In this document: positions 17,953 through 34,084 of the stretch, piece after piece
How the letters are laid out: every line of letters starts with the position of its first letter
Position numbering within the stretch: the stretch's first letter is position 1
Assembly: GCF_009914755.1 (NCBI RefSeq)
Contig: NC_060939.1
Origin: the human T2T-CHM13v2.0 reference genome, Homo sapiens
Reading direction: 5' to 3' (one strand)
DNA length: 64,000 nucleotides
Notes under the pieces: generated by a model
What the model saw: only the letters and a program-made list of their open reading frames with translations
Database searches by the model: none
Told to the model about the DNA's origin: nothing
Made by a program: the position numbers and the translations under genes

Positions 17953-18849
17953 TTATTACCTCACATCTGTTAGAATGGCAATTACCAAAAAGACAAACAA
18001 TAACAAGTGTTGGTGAGGATGTGATAAAAAGGGAACCCTTGTACATTGCACTTACTCTATGATCCAGCAATCTCACTTTAGGGCATGTATACAAAGGAAA
18101 TGATATAAGTCTGTGGAAGGGATATCTGCCCTCCCATGTGCATTGCAGCATTACTGACAATAGCTAAGACATCAAAGCAACCTAAGTGTCCACTGGCAGA
18201 TGAATGGAAATATTATACACACACACACACAGACACACACAATGGAATATTACTTGGCCATAAAAATGAAAGAATTCCTGTCATTTGGAATAACATGAAT
18301 AAACCTGAAGGATATTATGCTATGTGAAATAAGCCCGGCACAGAAAGGAAGATAGTGCATGATCTCATTTATGTGTGAAATCTGAAAATGTCAAACTCAT
18401 AGACACAGAGTAAAATGGTGGTAGCTTGGAGCTGTGGAGTGGGGGAAATGAGGAGGTATTGGACAGAGGGTACAGTTTTTTACACAGGATGAGTAAATTC
18501 TGGAGATCTAATGAACAGCATCGTGACTATAATTAATAATATTGTATTGTATATTTGAAATTTGCTAACAGAGAAGGGCTTAAATGTTCTCACCACACAC
18601 ACAAAAAGACAATTGTGAGATGATAGCTATGTTCATTAACTTCATTGTGATAATCATGCCACAATGTATAACTACATCAAAAAAATCCCATCATATACCT
18701 TCAATATGTATAATTTTTATTTGTCAATTTTACCTTAATAAAGCAGGAAAAAAGTTAAAAATAGAAAACTACAAAAAGGCATACATAGTTTAATATTGTT
18801 CAACTACATTGACAAAACTATTGATTTATGTCATAGATTTAGGAATTTT

Positions 18850-19235
18850 TGTATAAACAAATTCAGTAAAATTGCAAGGTACAAAATCAGTATACAAAAT
18901 TTGTTGCATGTCTATACACTAGCAATGAACTAGCTGAAAAATGAAATTTTGGGTCTGGTCATAGTGGCTCATGCTTGTAATCCCAGCACTTTGGGGACCG
19001 AGGTGGGTGGATCACTTGAGGCCAGGAGTTCGAGACCAGCCTGGGCAACATGGTGAAACCCTGTCTCTACTAAAAATACAAAAATTAGCTGGACATGGTG
19101 GTGCCTGCCTGTAATCCCAGCTACTCAGGAGGCTGAGGCAGAAGAATCACTTGAATCCAGGAGATGGAGGTTGCAGTGAAAACAATCCCATTTACAATAG
19201 CATCAAAAAACATTTAGGAATAAATTTAACCAAGG
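18850..19235 (+). mobile_element. L1 ORF2 fragment containing a 3'-truncated Alu (18952-19179)
   Basis: aaattcagtaaaattgcaaggtacaaaatc; Alu ends at GTTGCAGTGA with no tail. Confidence 0.8.
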
Positions 19236-19514
19236 AAGGGGAAGATCTGTACAGTATTATGTAAACATTTAATTACTTATTAAATATATAAATACTAATT
19301 TTTTAAAAACTTCTTAAAGGATTTAACATAAGGAGAAAAATTGTATGTTGATGGGTTTTTTGCTTTGTTTTCTTTTGTTATTTTAATACTTTGAGGATGT
19401 TGCTGTACCATCTTCTCACTTGCAGTTCCAGATGAGAAATGTGCTAGAATCCTCACTTTGTTCCTCTGTACAATAAGGTGTCTTTCTTCCTTTGGCTGCT
19501 TTAAGAGTTTCTCT

Positions 19515-19832
<318 letters not shown>

Positions 19833-19904
19833 CAAGAATTTCTCTTTACCATTGGTTTGAAGCAATTTGATTGTAATATGCCTTGGTTTTCTTCACCTGT
19901 TTAT

Positions 19905-20194
19905 TTTTTATGTTTTAAATTTTGGAGACAGGGTCTTGTTCTGTCACCTAGGCTGGTGCAAAGCTCACTGCAGCCTCGAACTCCCAGGCACAAGTGATCT
20001 TCCTGCCTCAGTCTCCCAAGTAGCTAGGACTACAGGTGGACGCCACCATGTCTGGCTAATTTTTTTTATTTTTTTGTAGAAATGAGTTCTCGCTTTGTTG
20101 CCCAGGCTAATCTTGAATTCCTGGCCTCAAGTGATCCTTCCACCTCAGCCTCCCGAACTGCTGGGATTACAGGCATGAGCCACCATGCCCAGCC
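19905..20194 (-). mobile_element. Alu (J-like)
   Basis: Alu dimer. Confidence 0.92.
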
Positions 20195-20543
20195 TTCTTC
20201 ACATTTCTTGTACTTGGGGGTTAATTGAGTGTTTTGAATTTATAGTGTGAGTTTATATTTTTCATCAGCTTTGAAAAAATTGAGGGTATTATTTCTTCAA
20301 TTATTTTTTCTGCTCTCTCCTCCTTTGGAGACTTCAATTACACATATAGTAGACCACATGAAATTGTTCCACAGTTCACTGAATCTCTGTTAATCGTTTT
20401 TTTATTCTATTTTTTCTTCTGTGTTTCATTTTGGATAGTTTCTGTTGCCATGTCTTCAAGTTCACTAAACTTTTCTTCTGCAGCATTAATCCTGTCCCAA
20501 CTACTTTTCATCTCAGACATGGTAGTTTTCATCTCTTAATTCA

Positions 20544-20566
20544 TGTGTGTGTGTGTGTGTGTGTGT
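20544..20566. repeat. (TG)n microsatellite
   Basis: about 11 TG units. Confidence 0.95.
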
Positions 20567-21566
20567 AATATCTACCATATATCTACTTAACATGTTTAAT
20601 CTTTATCTTCTGGTACACACGAAATACAATTATAATTACTATATTTATGTCCTTGGCTAGCAACTACATCATCTGTGTTATTTTGGGGCCAGTTTCTATT
20701 GATTAATTTTTTTCTCATCATGGGTCACAGTTTTCTGCTGTTTTGCACGCCTGGTAATTCTGAGATACCAGCATTATCAATTTTACATTTTTAAGTGTTG
20801 GACACTTTTGTATTCCTACTTCTATTCATATTCTTGAGTTTTATCCTGAAGTTCAGTTAAGGTACTTGGGTCCAGTTTGCTTCTTTCAGATTTTACTTTC
20901 AAGTTTTGACAGGAGGGCCCAGAATAGCATTTAGTCTAGGGTTAACTTTTTCCCCATTACTGAGGTAGAATCTGTGACCACTGAACTGTGAACCCTTCCC
21001 TGCTCAGGCTGATTTCCAGCGTTGCTCCCTGTAATCCTTTCAGGGGCTTCTTTCTTCAGCCGTGGGTAGTTTTCTCTTATGCATGTGCTGATCCGTCCAT
21101 AGCTGAAGACTTACAGGGACTTCCTTGAAGATCTCCAGAACTCTTTCTCTTTGCAGCTCTTTCTTCTTTGATACTATGTCTTGCAAACTCTAGCCACCTC
21201 TGTCTCTCAGACTTCCAACTGAAGTCTTCTTAACCAGGGGAGACTAGCAGGCTCCAGCTGGGTTCCCCTGCCTGCACTCATGCCTGGAAACTGTCTTCTG
21301 GCTGTACACTTTGGCAATGGTAGGCTTCCCTTTATTCATTTCCCAGCTCTCATGGATCACTACACTTTGTTAGCTGATTTCCAATGTTTTGAAAATAGTT
21401 GTTTTGTATATTTGGTGCAGATTTTAAGTTATATTGATGGAGAGTCTCTGACCCATTATCCCATCTCGCCTGGCAGCTGAAGTCTTCAGAGGTAATCAAG
21501 TACCAAAGATTTAGTCTAATGTTGAATGTGGATGAAAAAGGAAGTACCATATTTTTATTTTAATGC

Positions 21567-22082
21567 AGTCATTCTTAAATGTTTTTATGCTGCAGATCCT
21601 CTGGCCATCTTGTGAAACCTATGGATTACTTTTGAGAATGTTTGGAAATGCACAAGGTAAAATACAGAGGACTACAGTGGAAATCATTATAGTGGATGTA
21701 GTTATTAGAATATTTTTCTAAGTGAATTTGTGCCATAGTAATAGATGTGTTTCTTAATTAATGCATTGAATAACAAGACCTAATAGTGGGTCTAATGAGT
21801 TCTGTAATTTTCAAGCAGTAATAAGCATAAGCATTATTTTGAGATATTTACAACAAGGTAATGTAATTTAAATATATCACTACTTCCCATTGCTGACAAC
21901 GTCAGGGTACTATTGATGTTACTGTGGTTTGTTGCCAACATACATTACAGAAGGCAATGCTAAATTTCAGTCATAGGTTAATAAAAATAAACATCCAATT
22001 GCTCTTTCACCCAAGATCAAAGACCCCTGAATTCTGTCCACAGACCCCTGAGAAGTCCGTGGGTCCAGGATAAGAACCCCTA
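21567..22082 (+). mobile_element. hAT-Charlie DNA element (Charlie4-like)
   Basis: Degenerate CAG..TTCTTAA / TAAGAACCCCT termini; gtgaaacctatgga internal motif. Confidence 0.6.
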
Positions 22083-23777
22083 TTAATGAATGGAAACTGG
22101 AGTGCCTGGGAGTTGTGAGTCTTACACAATTGGCTAAGCTTGTGAACTGACAATGATTTTGTCTGAATCTACCTTGGGAATGTGAGATGCCATGAGGATA
22201 ATTTTGGCGTGGGTTGGGGGGATAGCATTTACAAGACAACTGGGAGTGTCCTTCATGCCAAGATGGGTCTCCCTACTGTGGTTCCCCACCAAGCAAGTTT
22301 GCCCCCACTGCTGAGGAGTCCACCTGTCAAATGGCTTCTTGCCCAACTCCCAGCCTGAAGCTCAAGATTCATCACTCAAAACTGACAAATTGGGCAGGTC
22401 TGATGTTTATTTTTGCCTCTGGTCCTTTGGCCAGGCCACACACTCTTGGATTTCTGAATATGCAGTTCTGTTCCTAACCAGTGTGTCCCAACCAGAAAGT
22501 CACTGTAATTTTTGGTTTTGTTCCCAATCTCCCTCCAAATGTCATTAGTCATATCCTCCTTCCCATTTCTGCCTTGAATAGGCAGTCATTATGATGAAGC
22601 CAGGCTTGTTTCAGAATTCCATGAGAACCACAGTGTCAGGCTGTGACAACTCTGGGGCTGGAAATGGAAAAGGCTGTGATCTGGGGTTGGCTGGCACCGT
22701 CCCCGTGAGTCATTATGGAAACACTGTCCCCGGATTCTGCTGAGAGGACTGGGTTGCTGGTGAGTCCATCTGTCAGATGAGATCCTGACCCCCTGACACC
22801 TTAAAACGTTCCATAATATGTGGGATGTTGGGCCTTCTGTCTGGTATCCTGGCTACATTAAAATTTGGGTTGTTTTATTCTATTTTTGGTTCCCTTGCAG
22901 TTTCCAACGTGTTAAAAAACAAAATACAATTTTTTTCAGATTACAAAAATAATACATATTCATTGTACAGAAATTGAAAAAGGCAGAAAAACATACAGAA
23001 GGAAATTCTACCACCCAGAGATAAGGATTTTTTAAAATGTTGCATTTGCTTTCAGATGCTATTTAGATTATAGTTTATAAAATACTTTTGTAAGCTGTGT
23101 GCTTTTTAAAACTCTAACAGTATAGCTCACACAGTCTGCCTTATAAAAAGCACAAATTCTATCATTTTTTTCTCTGGAGGAGGCCTTATATAAGACCATC
23201 TAGTCTAACACACTCTTTGTAAAAATGAGGCAACTGTGATCCCAAGAGGGTAAGTAACTTGCTCAGGGCTCCCCAGCATATGAGCCACAGAGTCAGGAAT
23301 GGGAGTATGGATCTTGTCTCAGCATCCTGCTGCCTCGTGACCTGCCCATGTGCTGTCAGTGTACATCTTCAGACAAGAGCTGAAAGCACTCCGGCCTCTC
23401 TGCCTCTTGACCCGGAGGAAATGTAGATGAGTTCCCAGGCTTACTGAATAGGACATTTGCCCCTGCTTTAGACCTTGAGTTAGGGAACTATTTAACATCT
23501 TTGAAATTTTCATTCCCTAGGGGAAAGCTTAAAATTTGAGGAAAAACAAAAGGCTCTTTCCCATGCAAAAATTATTTTTGGTTATCATTTGGAAAAGAAA
23601 AATAGGCATTACTAACAACTTAATGACTTCACTAATATACCTGCCTTTAAACTTAAGAATAGTTATTTAATAAAGTTTATAAACTCTACTAAAGTACGTA
23701 CACAATAGTATGTATATTTTATAATATGTGTATTTCCAGGAAATGTGAATTCACCCCAGAAAGTAAGGAGGCTGCCT

Positions 23778-24158
23778 GTATGGTATGGGATGGGATGGGA
23801 TGGGATGGGATGGGATGGTATTAGTATGGGATGGGATGGTATGGGATGGGATGGGATGGGATGGGATGGGATAGTATTAGTATGGGATGGGATGGGATGG
23901 TATGGGATGGGATGGCATTAGTATGGGATGGTATGGTATGGTATGGGATGGCCTAGTAACCGTATGGTATGGCCTGGCATAGTATGGCATGGCATGTTAA
24001 GGTAATGGCATGCTATGGTATGATAATGGTATGGTGTGGTGTGGTATGGCATGGGATGGTATGGGATGGTAATGGTATGGTATGGTATAGTGTATAGTAT
24101 AGTCTGGTGTATAGTGTAGTGTTGTTATATTGATAGTATAGCATAGTATAATATAGTA
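23778..24158. repeat. Pentanucleotide array (GGGAT)n grading to (TGGTA)n/(TAGTA)n
   Basis: Direct reading. Confidence 0.95.
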
Positions 24159-24159
24159 A

Positions 24160-24300
24160 AATGACTGTAATTCAGATTTAGGTGGTCTTGGATTTAAATC
24201 CTATCTCAGCACCTACCTGGTTGTGTAATCTTGGAAACTGAGCCTCTTTGAGCTTTATTTCATTATCTGTAAAATGAAAATAGTAATAGCAGTTATCCCA
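24160..24300 (+). mobile_element. MIR
   Basis: tttaaatcctatctcagcacc...atctgtaaaatg core. Confidence 0.6.
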
Positions 24301-25596
24301 AGATATAGATACAATAAATAAAACAATGCATTCCCATTTCCTTTTTAGAAGAAAGTAAAGAAAAGGTAAGAAACGAATTTATGAACTGGTGATTGTAATA
24401 TTTCTGAATTGTTGATTATGACAATTGCCTACTGCTCATCAGTATTACTGTGCCAAACAGCTGTGATGAGAGGAGCAGGGATAAGGCCTCCCCCTAAGTA
24501 TGGGTGCCAATTCCAAAAGAAGGAACTGCTGAGAGCCACACTGCCACCCCAACTGGTGAATATTTCACTCTTTACGATCGTCTCCTTCTATAATTTTTAA
24601 TAAAATAAAAATCAAATCTATAAAAATTACAAAATCAAATATTTCAATTAAATTGAAATATTGGGTAACAGATAATAATCAATTTTTCAGAATACACAAG
24701 GACATGAACAACAGGATGTGTTAACTTCAAGGACAAATAATAGGGTCAGACTTCAAGTAGAACATGGTTGAGTAAATCAACATCTTTCACCTTGTCCTCC
24801 AGAGAATCCTACAAAAGCAGCAAGGAGAATGAAAAACACCCTACATACTCCACTTTCAGTGAAATCAAGATAGCTAGATATTATATGCAGACTCTAAAAT
24901 TTGTGCAAGGAATGTCAAGGCGGCTGATATTAAGCAAAAGCTATAAGAAGAATATAAAGAAAAAGGTTCAGAGAGCAGCTAGATGGCCCAGGGTGGGGGT
25001 GGGGGTAGCAGAGTTGAAAGTGCCAATAAAAATAGGTAAGAGGCTCTACTCGACGTGTACATATGTGTCTCCTGTTTTCAGTTAAAAAAAAGCAAGAAGT
25101 ATAGTAAGCAAAGCTGGGCAGCAGAAACACTCTTGGATGGGTCATATGATACAAAAAAGCAAAAAAGGTGGAGCTGCTCAAAGAATCACAAAGATGCGCC
25201 TTATTTGCAAGAAACAGTCTGTCTCTGTGGCAGAGCAGAGAAGAAGAAATTCTGTGAGTTGTAAAATTTAGAAGGTTATATTGTCTCCAGTCCACCTCTC
25301 CATACCACTCCCCTGCCGGAAACCTTTTGATCCGGGGAAACCCAAGTCATTCAAGATGAATAATTTTTAAAATGAACTACCCAAACACAAATTTAAAGAT
25401 ACCTGCTTTTATATCTTGCTGAAAAAATCAGCAAGATTTGCCAAGAAATAAAGAATACTTATCAGAAAAATGTTGTCATCATGAAACCAGTAAAATGTTG
25501 CTTAATATGTTGCCATGAAATTTAAAGATTATTGAAGAAATTTCCTCTAAAAGTAAAACTACAAGGCAAAAATTAATATTAAAAAGCAAAAATATC

Positions 25597-26193
<597 letters not shown>

Positions 26194-27103
26194 ACACATA
26201 TATCAGGGAAGAGATGATAGAATAATAGAAAGAAACAAATCACGTGCTTGAAGAACTTGGGAAAGAAATAGAATAACATAGCAAAAGGACCATAGAATTA
26301 AGACAAAATTGACAAGAACATAAAAGAGAAGACACAGTATTGACAAAAAAGAGTAAAAGTGAAAACAATGAACAGATGAAATGGAAGTAAAGAAAGTTTT
26401 TCAAAAGATGAAAGAGAAAATGTTAGATGTAGAAGACAGGCAAAGGATATCTAACACATACAGACAAACTTCAGAAAACCAAGAGATGGTTGAACATAGC
26501 ATATACCTAACTACAGTTCCAAGGCTTAAACAAATGTGGGGATTAGCATGACAGATCAGAAAATGTGTCCCATAATCTGCTGAGATGTTAGAAATGATAC
26601 AATTCCAGAATAGAAAAGAGAAGGGAGGTAAAGGTGGAAGGTAGAATATGCTCACTAATTGACCCCTTTGTAGTTGCAGAAATCAAAGGATATCACTTAA
26701 GGTTGAACATCAAGTAAAAGATTTATGGGCATATTAAATTGTACAAAGATAAACATAAGAAAGATAACACTGACTAAAATTAGATGATGAAGGAAAGGAA
26801 AAGGTAGGGAAGGAGGAGGAAATATGCTAATTTCATTATTGCTCATAATAGGGACCTGACAGATATAGTCCAAAGTAGAGAACTAAGAGCATGATAGGAA
26901 GTTATCATTACAAAGGTAAACATCAAACATGCAAACCTGCCTAATTTGCAGAAGAAACTTGCACAAAAATAAAATGAGAGAATAAGGTAAATAGTGAATG
27001 ACTTTAATAGATAAAGTAAGCATAATATAAAATAATATGACAGTAGTGAGATCACACATATCTGTTATATCGATCACTGTAAAGCAGCTTAGCTTACCTA
27101 TAA

Positions 27104-27447
<344 letters not shown>

Positions 27448-29165
27448 AACTCTATTTCTGTGTACAGAAAGAGTGAGAGCAAAAGTTAAAAAGAGAAGTT
27501 TTCCTGCTGGCCTCTGATGGAGTAGCAGGCACAGACATAATGTCCCACCATCAACAATTAGAAAACTGGACCAAATATTTCAAACAATGGTTTTCTAACA
27601 TCAGACACTGGACAGCACAGGACTGTGATCTCTCGGAGAAGGAAAATAAACGAGGTGAGCCCGACGATTGTCCCAGTCTGTCTGGAGACAGTTTCTAGAC
27701 CACTGGGGCAAACGGAGGACACAGACTGAGCCCAGTGGCGTCGCTGAGCTAACGAGATGGAGTTTTCAGTTAAGGACATTCTTAGGAGAAATCTGGGAAA
27801 ACAGCCACTCATACATTTCCAGTAGGAGTGTAAATTGGTACAAATCTTTATGGTGGCCAATTTGCCAATACCTGGCAAACTGATTTTTGAGTTAGTAATC
27901 TCATGTCTGGGAATTTATCTTACAGATATACATGCACAGGTGCAAGATGACATATATACAAAGTTACAGCAGCATTGTAATTTGTATTTGTATGAGAAAA
28001 TTTTTGGAAGAATGTGAATGTCTGTTAATACGAAGCTGGCTAAACATGTAACACATTGATACAATGGAATAGTAGGTATCAAAAAGTGCCAATATATACA
28101 ACAATCCTAATAAAATGTTAGCACCTCAAATCCATCAGTTAATTAAAAGCAATATATTACCCTAACTAAGGATAGGATTTGTTCCAATTAAAGGAGGAAA
28201 AAAAATGATTCTCCTGAGAGACACAGAGAACTCAGTTGACAAAATTCATGTTCATTCCAGCTCAAATCAGAAGGAAATTTTTCCTTCTAAAATCAGATGG
28301 AAAGTTTTATTAACTTGGTTAAAGGTATGTGATATTTAGTAGTGCTTTTCTCCAATGTTTCTAGTTTTCATCTTCCCAAGCACAATGTGTGGTATTAGAA
28401 AGATTGACCATCCATTGCGGAAAAAAAAAAAAAAATTGAATTAGGCCCCTGTTTTGTGCTACAATTAAAAACTAGTTCTAGATAAAGAACAGAACTAGTC
28501 AATAATCGGGAGAAGGTGCAGGAAAATATGCTTATAACTTCTGATGGTATTACAAGCAAGATTCACACTCAACAATCCATGCCAAAAATGATGAATATAG
28601 TTGCCTGCATAAAAATGTATTCCTCTGTACCATAAGAGAATGTATTCAAAAGTTAAAATATAAGGATAAGACTGTGGAGAGGGGAGGAGTGGGGAGAGAA
28701 TTGGGGGAGTGGGAAGAGAATGGGGGGAGTGGGGAGATTGTTGGTCAAAGATTACAAGGTTTCAGTTGCACAGGATAAATACTTTTTGGAGTTCTATCAC
28801 AGAGCAGGGTGACTGTAGTTAATAAGAATGTCTTGCATGTTCCCAAATTGCTCAATTTCAAATGTCTCATCACAAAAAATGATAAGTAAGTGAGGTGATA
28901 TGTTTATTTGCTTGATTTAATCATTCCACATTGTATACCTATATCAAAACATTACATTATACCCCATACATATATATAATTATGATCCATCAATTAAAAA
29001 TAATATTAAAAATAGGAATAGCCTGAGTGAGAATATTTCAACAGAAATATTTTTGACCCTGTCTCAAAAAAAAAGGAAAATTGATACTTTGTTAATATGC
29101 AGGATTGGTGAAGGTGAGGGGAAATAGTTACTCTTTTTCACTGTTGGTAGAAAAAGGATTGCCGT

Positions 29166-29715
<550 letters not shown>

Positions 29716-29896
29716 TTAAAGATAAAAATAGTAAAAAGATAAATAGCAGACAAACTAGCCATGAATGTGAACATGCAAATCACAGAAAACATGCAAATGG
29801 CCAATAAAAGAGTAACAAATATTGAACCCCCTCCTTTTTAATGAGGCAAATTTTAACACAATAAGATACCTTTTTTTGGTAAAAATTTGTGAGTTT

Positions 29897-30187
29897 GGCC
29901 TGGCACCGTGGCTCACACCTGTAATTACAGCATTTTGAGAGGCCAAGGCAGGAAGATTGCTTGAGGCCAGGGGTTCGAGACCAGCCTGGACAACACAGCG
30001 AGATCCCCATCTCTACAAAAAATTACCAGAATTAGCTGGGTGTGGTGGCACATGCCTGTGGTCCCAGCTACTTGGGAGGCAGAGGCAGGAGGATCACTTG
30101 AGTACAGGAGGTTGAGGCCTCAGTGAGCTAGGATCATGCCACTGCACTCCAGCCTAGGCAACAGAGTAAGACCCTCTCTCAAAAAAA
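29897..30187 (+). mobile_element. Alu (J-like)
   Basis: Alu dimer. Confidence 0.94.
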
Positions 30188-30730
30188 TTGAGAGTTTGTT
30201 AATATGCAGGGTTGGTTAAGGAGAGAGGAAACAGTTACTCTCTTTCACTCTTGGTAGAACTATATATTGACATGACCTTTTTGATGGGCAGTTTTGCAGT
30301 ATCTATTAAAACTTTAAATGTGTGTAGCCTTAATCTAGCAATTACCATTTTTATGGATCTCAATAAATTCATTATAAAATTCACCTAGAATAGAAAAAAA
30401 TGAGAGAAAACAAGAAATTTTTTCCAAAAGAAAAATAATGTGAGAAGTAGGCTTTTGCCTCACCAGAAATCTCTTCCCTAGAGAAATATTAAATACAAGC
30501 ACAGAGGCATAGATTAGATGTTAATTTTTTAAAAAACAGGTAAGTTCAGGTTTTGATGATGTGATGATATTATAGGGCAACCAGAACACTCACACACCAC
30601 TGGAGAGAATGTTTATTGGTACAACTACCTTGGAAAACTATTTGGCAGTATCTACAAAAACTGAACATATGTGCATGCTAACGATATGTTAAAAAGAAAT
30701 GCATAGCTATTTGCACCAAAAGACACACAA

Positions 30731-31031
30731 GGCCAGGCGCAGTGGTTCACACCTGTAATCCCAACGCTTTGGGAGGCTGAGGCAGATGGATCACTTGAGC
30801 CCAGGAGTTCAAGACCAGCCTGGGCAACGTGACAAAACCCTGTTTCTACAAAAAAATACAGAAATCTAGCCAGGTGGCACAGGTCTGTAGTCCCAGCTAC
30901 TTGGGAGGCTGAGCTGGGAGGATTGGTTGAGCCCTGGGAGGTCGAGGGTTGAGGCTACAGTGAGCCATGATCACACCACTGCACTCCAGCCTGGGCAACA
31001 GAGCAAGACCCTGTCTCAAAACAACAAAAAA
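30731..31031 (+). mobile_element. Alu (J-like)
   Basis: Alu dimer. Confidence 0.94.
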
Positions 31032-33557
31032 GTCATACACAAGAACATTGACAGCAGCACCATAGCAACATTCAGAATGGCCTCAACTGGAAATGCCCCA
31101 ATTGTCCATCAGTAGTGTTATGGGTTTATAAATTATAATCTGTTCATGCACCAGAAAGCTCTACAATAATGACAGAGTGAACTGTTGCTACATGCAATCA
31201 TATAAATAAATTTCACAAATGTTATGTTGAGTACAAAAGCAAGACAGAAGAATACATTTCAAATTATTGCAATTACATACATGTTATAAACAAGCAAAGG
31301 TAATGTATGGTGGTAGTAGTCAGGATAATGGTAAACTTGAAGGGAAGGGAGAGTGACTGTGAGTGATGGGCATCCTGGCAGGGGTTAGTCCCCTTAGTGT
31401 CTGGTCCCTGGTTCCTTCATGGAAGTGGGGCCTGTTTTTCACTGGTCCATCTCACACAGGATGCTACATCAGCAGTCAAGATTTATTTCTCCCTGCTTCC
31501 CTTACTCCTGAGACCCATGCATTGAGAAATAGGAGCTTAATCTTTTCTGGCTGGAGGCTTCCTTGCTTAATTTTAGTAAGTGAGGCTGAATTGGAAACCC
31601 TAGCAACTGAAACCATTTGTTGTCTGGTAAGCAGGTCCTTGAATGGAGATTTTAGCTGGTACTTGAATCAATGTGTTAATCATTAAAGGGTTCAGAACTG
31701 TGCCTGGCACATTTTAAACACATATATGTTTGCTTTGATTTGTATTATGCCTTTTTACATATCCAAGCTTAACATGTATCTCCCTTTTCTCATCTCCAAG
31801 GCAAAAAATCATATGCAGAAATTTTAGAAATCCCTATACACACCTAGGTTCCATAACATTTACTTTCTCCATCCCATCATTTTTTTAAAAGTTTATTTTG
31901 ATTATGAAGTTTCAAAGGTACAAAAAAGTACAGAAAATAATATGACATATAACTACAGAGCCTCTACTTCCCAGATGTGACAGATGTTGATCTTCTGCTG
32001 TTTCTTTCAGATCTTTGTGTGTGTGTTTTCAAGTAAGCAGAAATAGCTGAGTCCTCCCCTCTGTTCCTCTTTCCTCTCAGGGAATTTCTCTCTCTTGAAG
32101 TTAATATTTGCCATCTGACTTTTACTCTAAATGCATCTATTAAGCGATATAGAGTCCCAATTTAATTATTTAAACTATTAATTAAAAGTTGAAATAATAT
32201 ACAATCCTGATGATCAGTTTTTTAAACATGTCTTTAGCAAGCAAAGAAAAAAGCTTCTTGAAACAAAGAAATGTCCATTCAAGGGGGATTTGGTGGGGTA
32301 AAGGAGTCCTATTCACACTCAGTAAAGTTTCTGCCTTGTACATAAACCCACTTTCTGTAGAAATAACTACTGGACCATAGCCCATCTACCAACTCATCTC
32401 AAAATTTTAAGCACTGGCATCATCTACCACACAACCCACAACATATGCTGCATGGAATGTCCGACAGCTGAATGATCAAGGTATCCACTTCTGGTCTACA
32501 GCATTTATGGGTGGCACCTGCTAGTGGCTGCTGGCCTGCTTGCCTGAGGCCAGGGACAGCTGTGACCTATAGGTGAGGCCCCTGTGGTTATCCAAATCCT
32601 TTCTTGCCCTTTGGATAGCTGGCCCTGGGTTCTTTTTTGTGACTTACCCAGGAGTTTGTAGCGGCTATGCTGACAGGTGCTCTAGCACCTGTTGGACCAA
32701 AGACTGGGCTGTTGCATGTCACCTGACATTAGACGTGATGAGTTGCCCAGGTCCTAAAGCTTCTTCTGCAACAAGGATTTCTGTCTCCCTGGAGTGGCTC
32801 TTCTGATTCAGCCATTACCTCCAGCCCCTATAGAGACACCTCTAGGGCTTGTGAATGCCCTGGCAGCCGCACAAGATCTGATCATTGCCTTGATAAGCAT
32901 TTCTTGGGGAGCTCCCTGTGCAAGGCCTGCAGTAGTTTCATGAGAATTGCATGAACCCTGCTGCCTGAAACGACAGAAACATGTATCTCCAGCACATAGG
33001 TATCTGGGAGTACTAAGGAAATTCAAACAAGGGGAGATTTATGCTAGCACTTTCACAACTGCCACCTTGGAAGTGGCCCTTGATGAGCTGGTCCTATTGT
33101 CCCCCATCTCCCATCAGCCACAGCTGCCAAGATAACAAAATATGAGTTCTGCTCCAACATCTCTGGGGTGTGAGCCCTTCAGGGGACTCACACCAATTGC
33201 CTTGCAGATGATCTTTCTGTCTCAGCCGAGCCGTGCATTAGGTAATTTGGGGGTGGGCGGCTGTCTCCTGGCCTGGAACCTGGCTCCAAGGCGTCCACTC
33301 AGGCATTCCTAGATTGCTTTAGGAGCTCACACCTTCCAAGGTGGTTTTTGGATTCTCTGGGGTCTCATTTGGGTGTGTCTTTCTCCAGCTGTTTTTTGAA
33401 GGCAATAGCCTATTCTCCTGGTATTTCCTGCTTCTTTTCATTATCCCATAAAAAATTACCTTTCCTGGATGCCGTCTTATTAAGGCTTTATTGTTTTCTT
33501 TATTGGTACTTTTATTGGTAGCAGAATAGTTGATATGTGATACCATAAGAATTTTAG

Positions 33558-33860
33558 GGCAGGGCGTGGTGGCTCGTGCCTGAACTCTCAGCATTTTGGG
33601 AGGCTGAGGCAAGCAGATCACTTGAGGTCAGGAGTTTGAGACCAGCCTGACCAACATGGTGAAACCCTGTCTGTACTAAAAATACAAAAATTAGCCATGT
33701 GTAGTGGTGTATGCCTGTAATCCCAGCTACTCAGGAGGCTGAGGCAGGAGAAACGCTTGAACCCAGGAGAGGGAGGTTGCAATGAGCTAAGATCACACTA
33801 CTGCACTCCAGCCTGGGTGACAGAGCAAGATTCTGTCTCAAAATAAATAAATAAATAAAA
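33558..33860 (+). mobile_element. Alu (S-like)
   Basis: Alu dimer; TSD AAGAATTTTAG. Confidence 0.95.
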
Positions 33861-34084
33861 GAATTTTAGAGCTAAAAGTACTATTTAGTTCCAGAATTAT
33901 TAATCTAATTTCAGAGCGAATGGGATTCTGGAGGCCCAGAGATAATGTGAAACTAAATGCAGTGTTTTCTGTGCATTTCAGTGGAAAAGGTCCGAAGGCC
34001 TTTCATCAGGTTCTTAGGAGTTCCTTGAGATAGATGATAGATAGACAGATGGATAGATGGATGCTAGGAACCATTGACCTATCG

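Noticed and set aside
23778-24158. CRISPR-like or HSAT3 satellite interpretation of the pentamer array
   Set aside because: No unique spacers; the unit is GGGAT/TGGTA, not GGAAT; eukaryotic simple repeat
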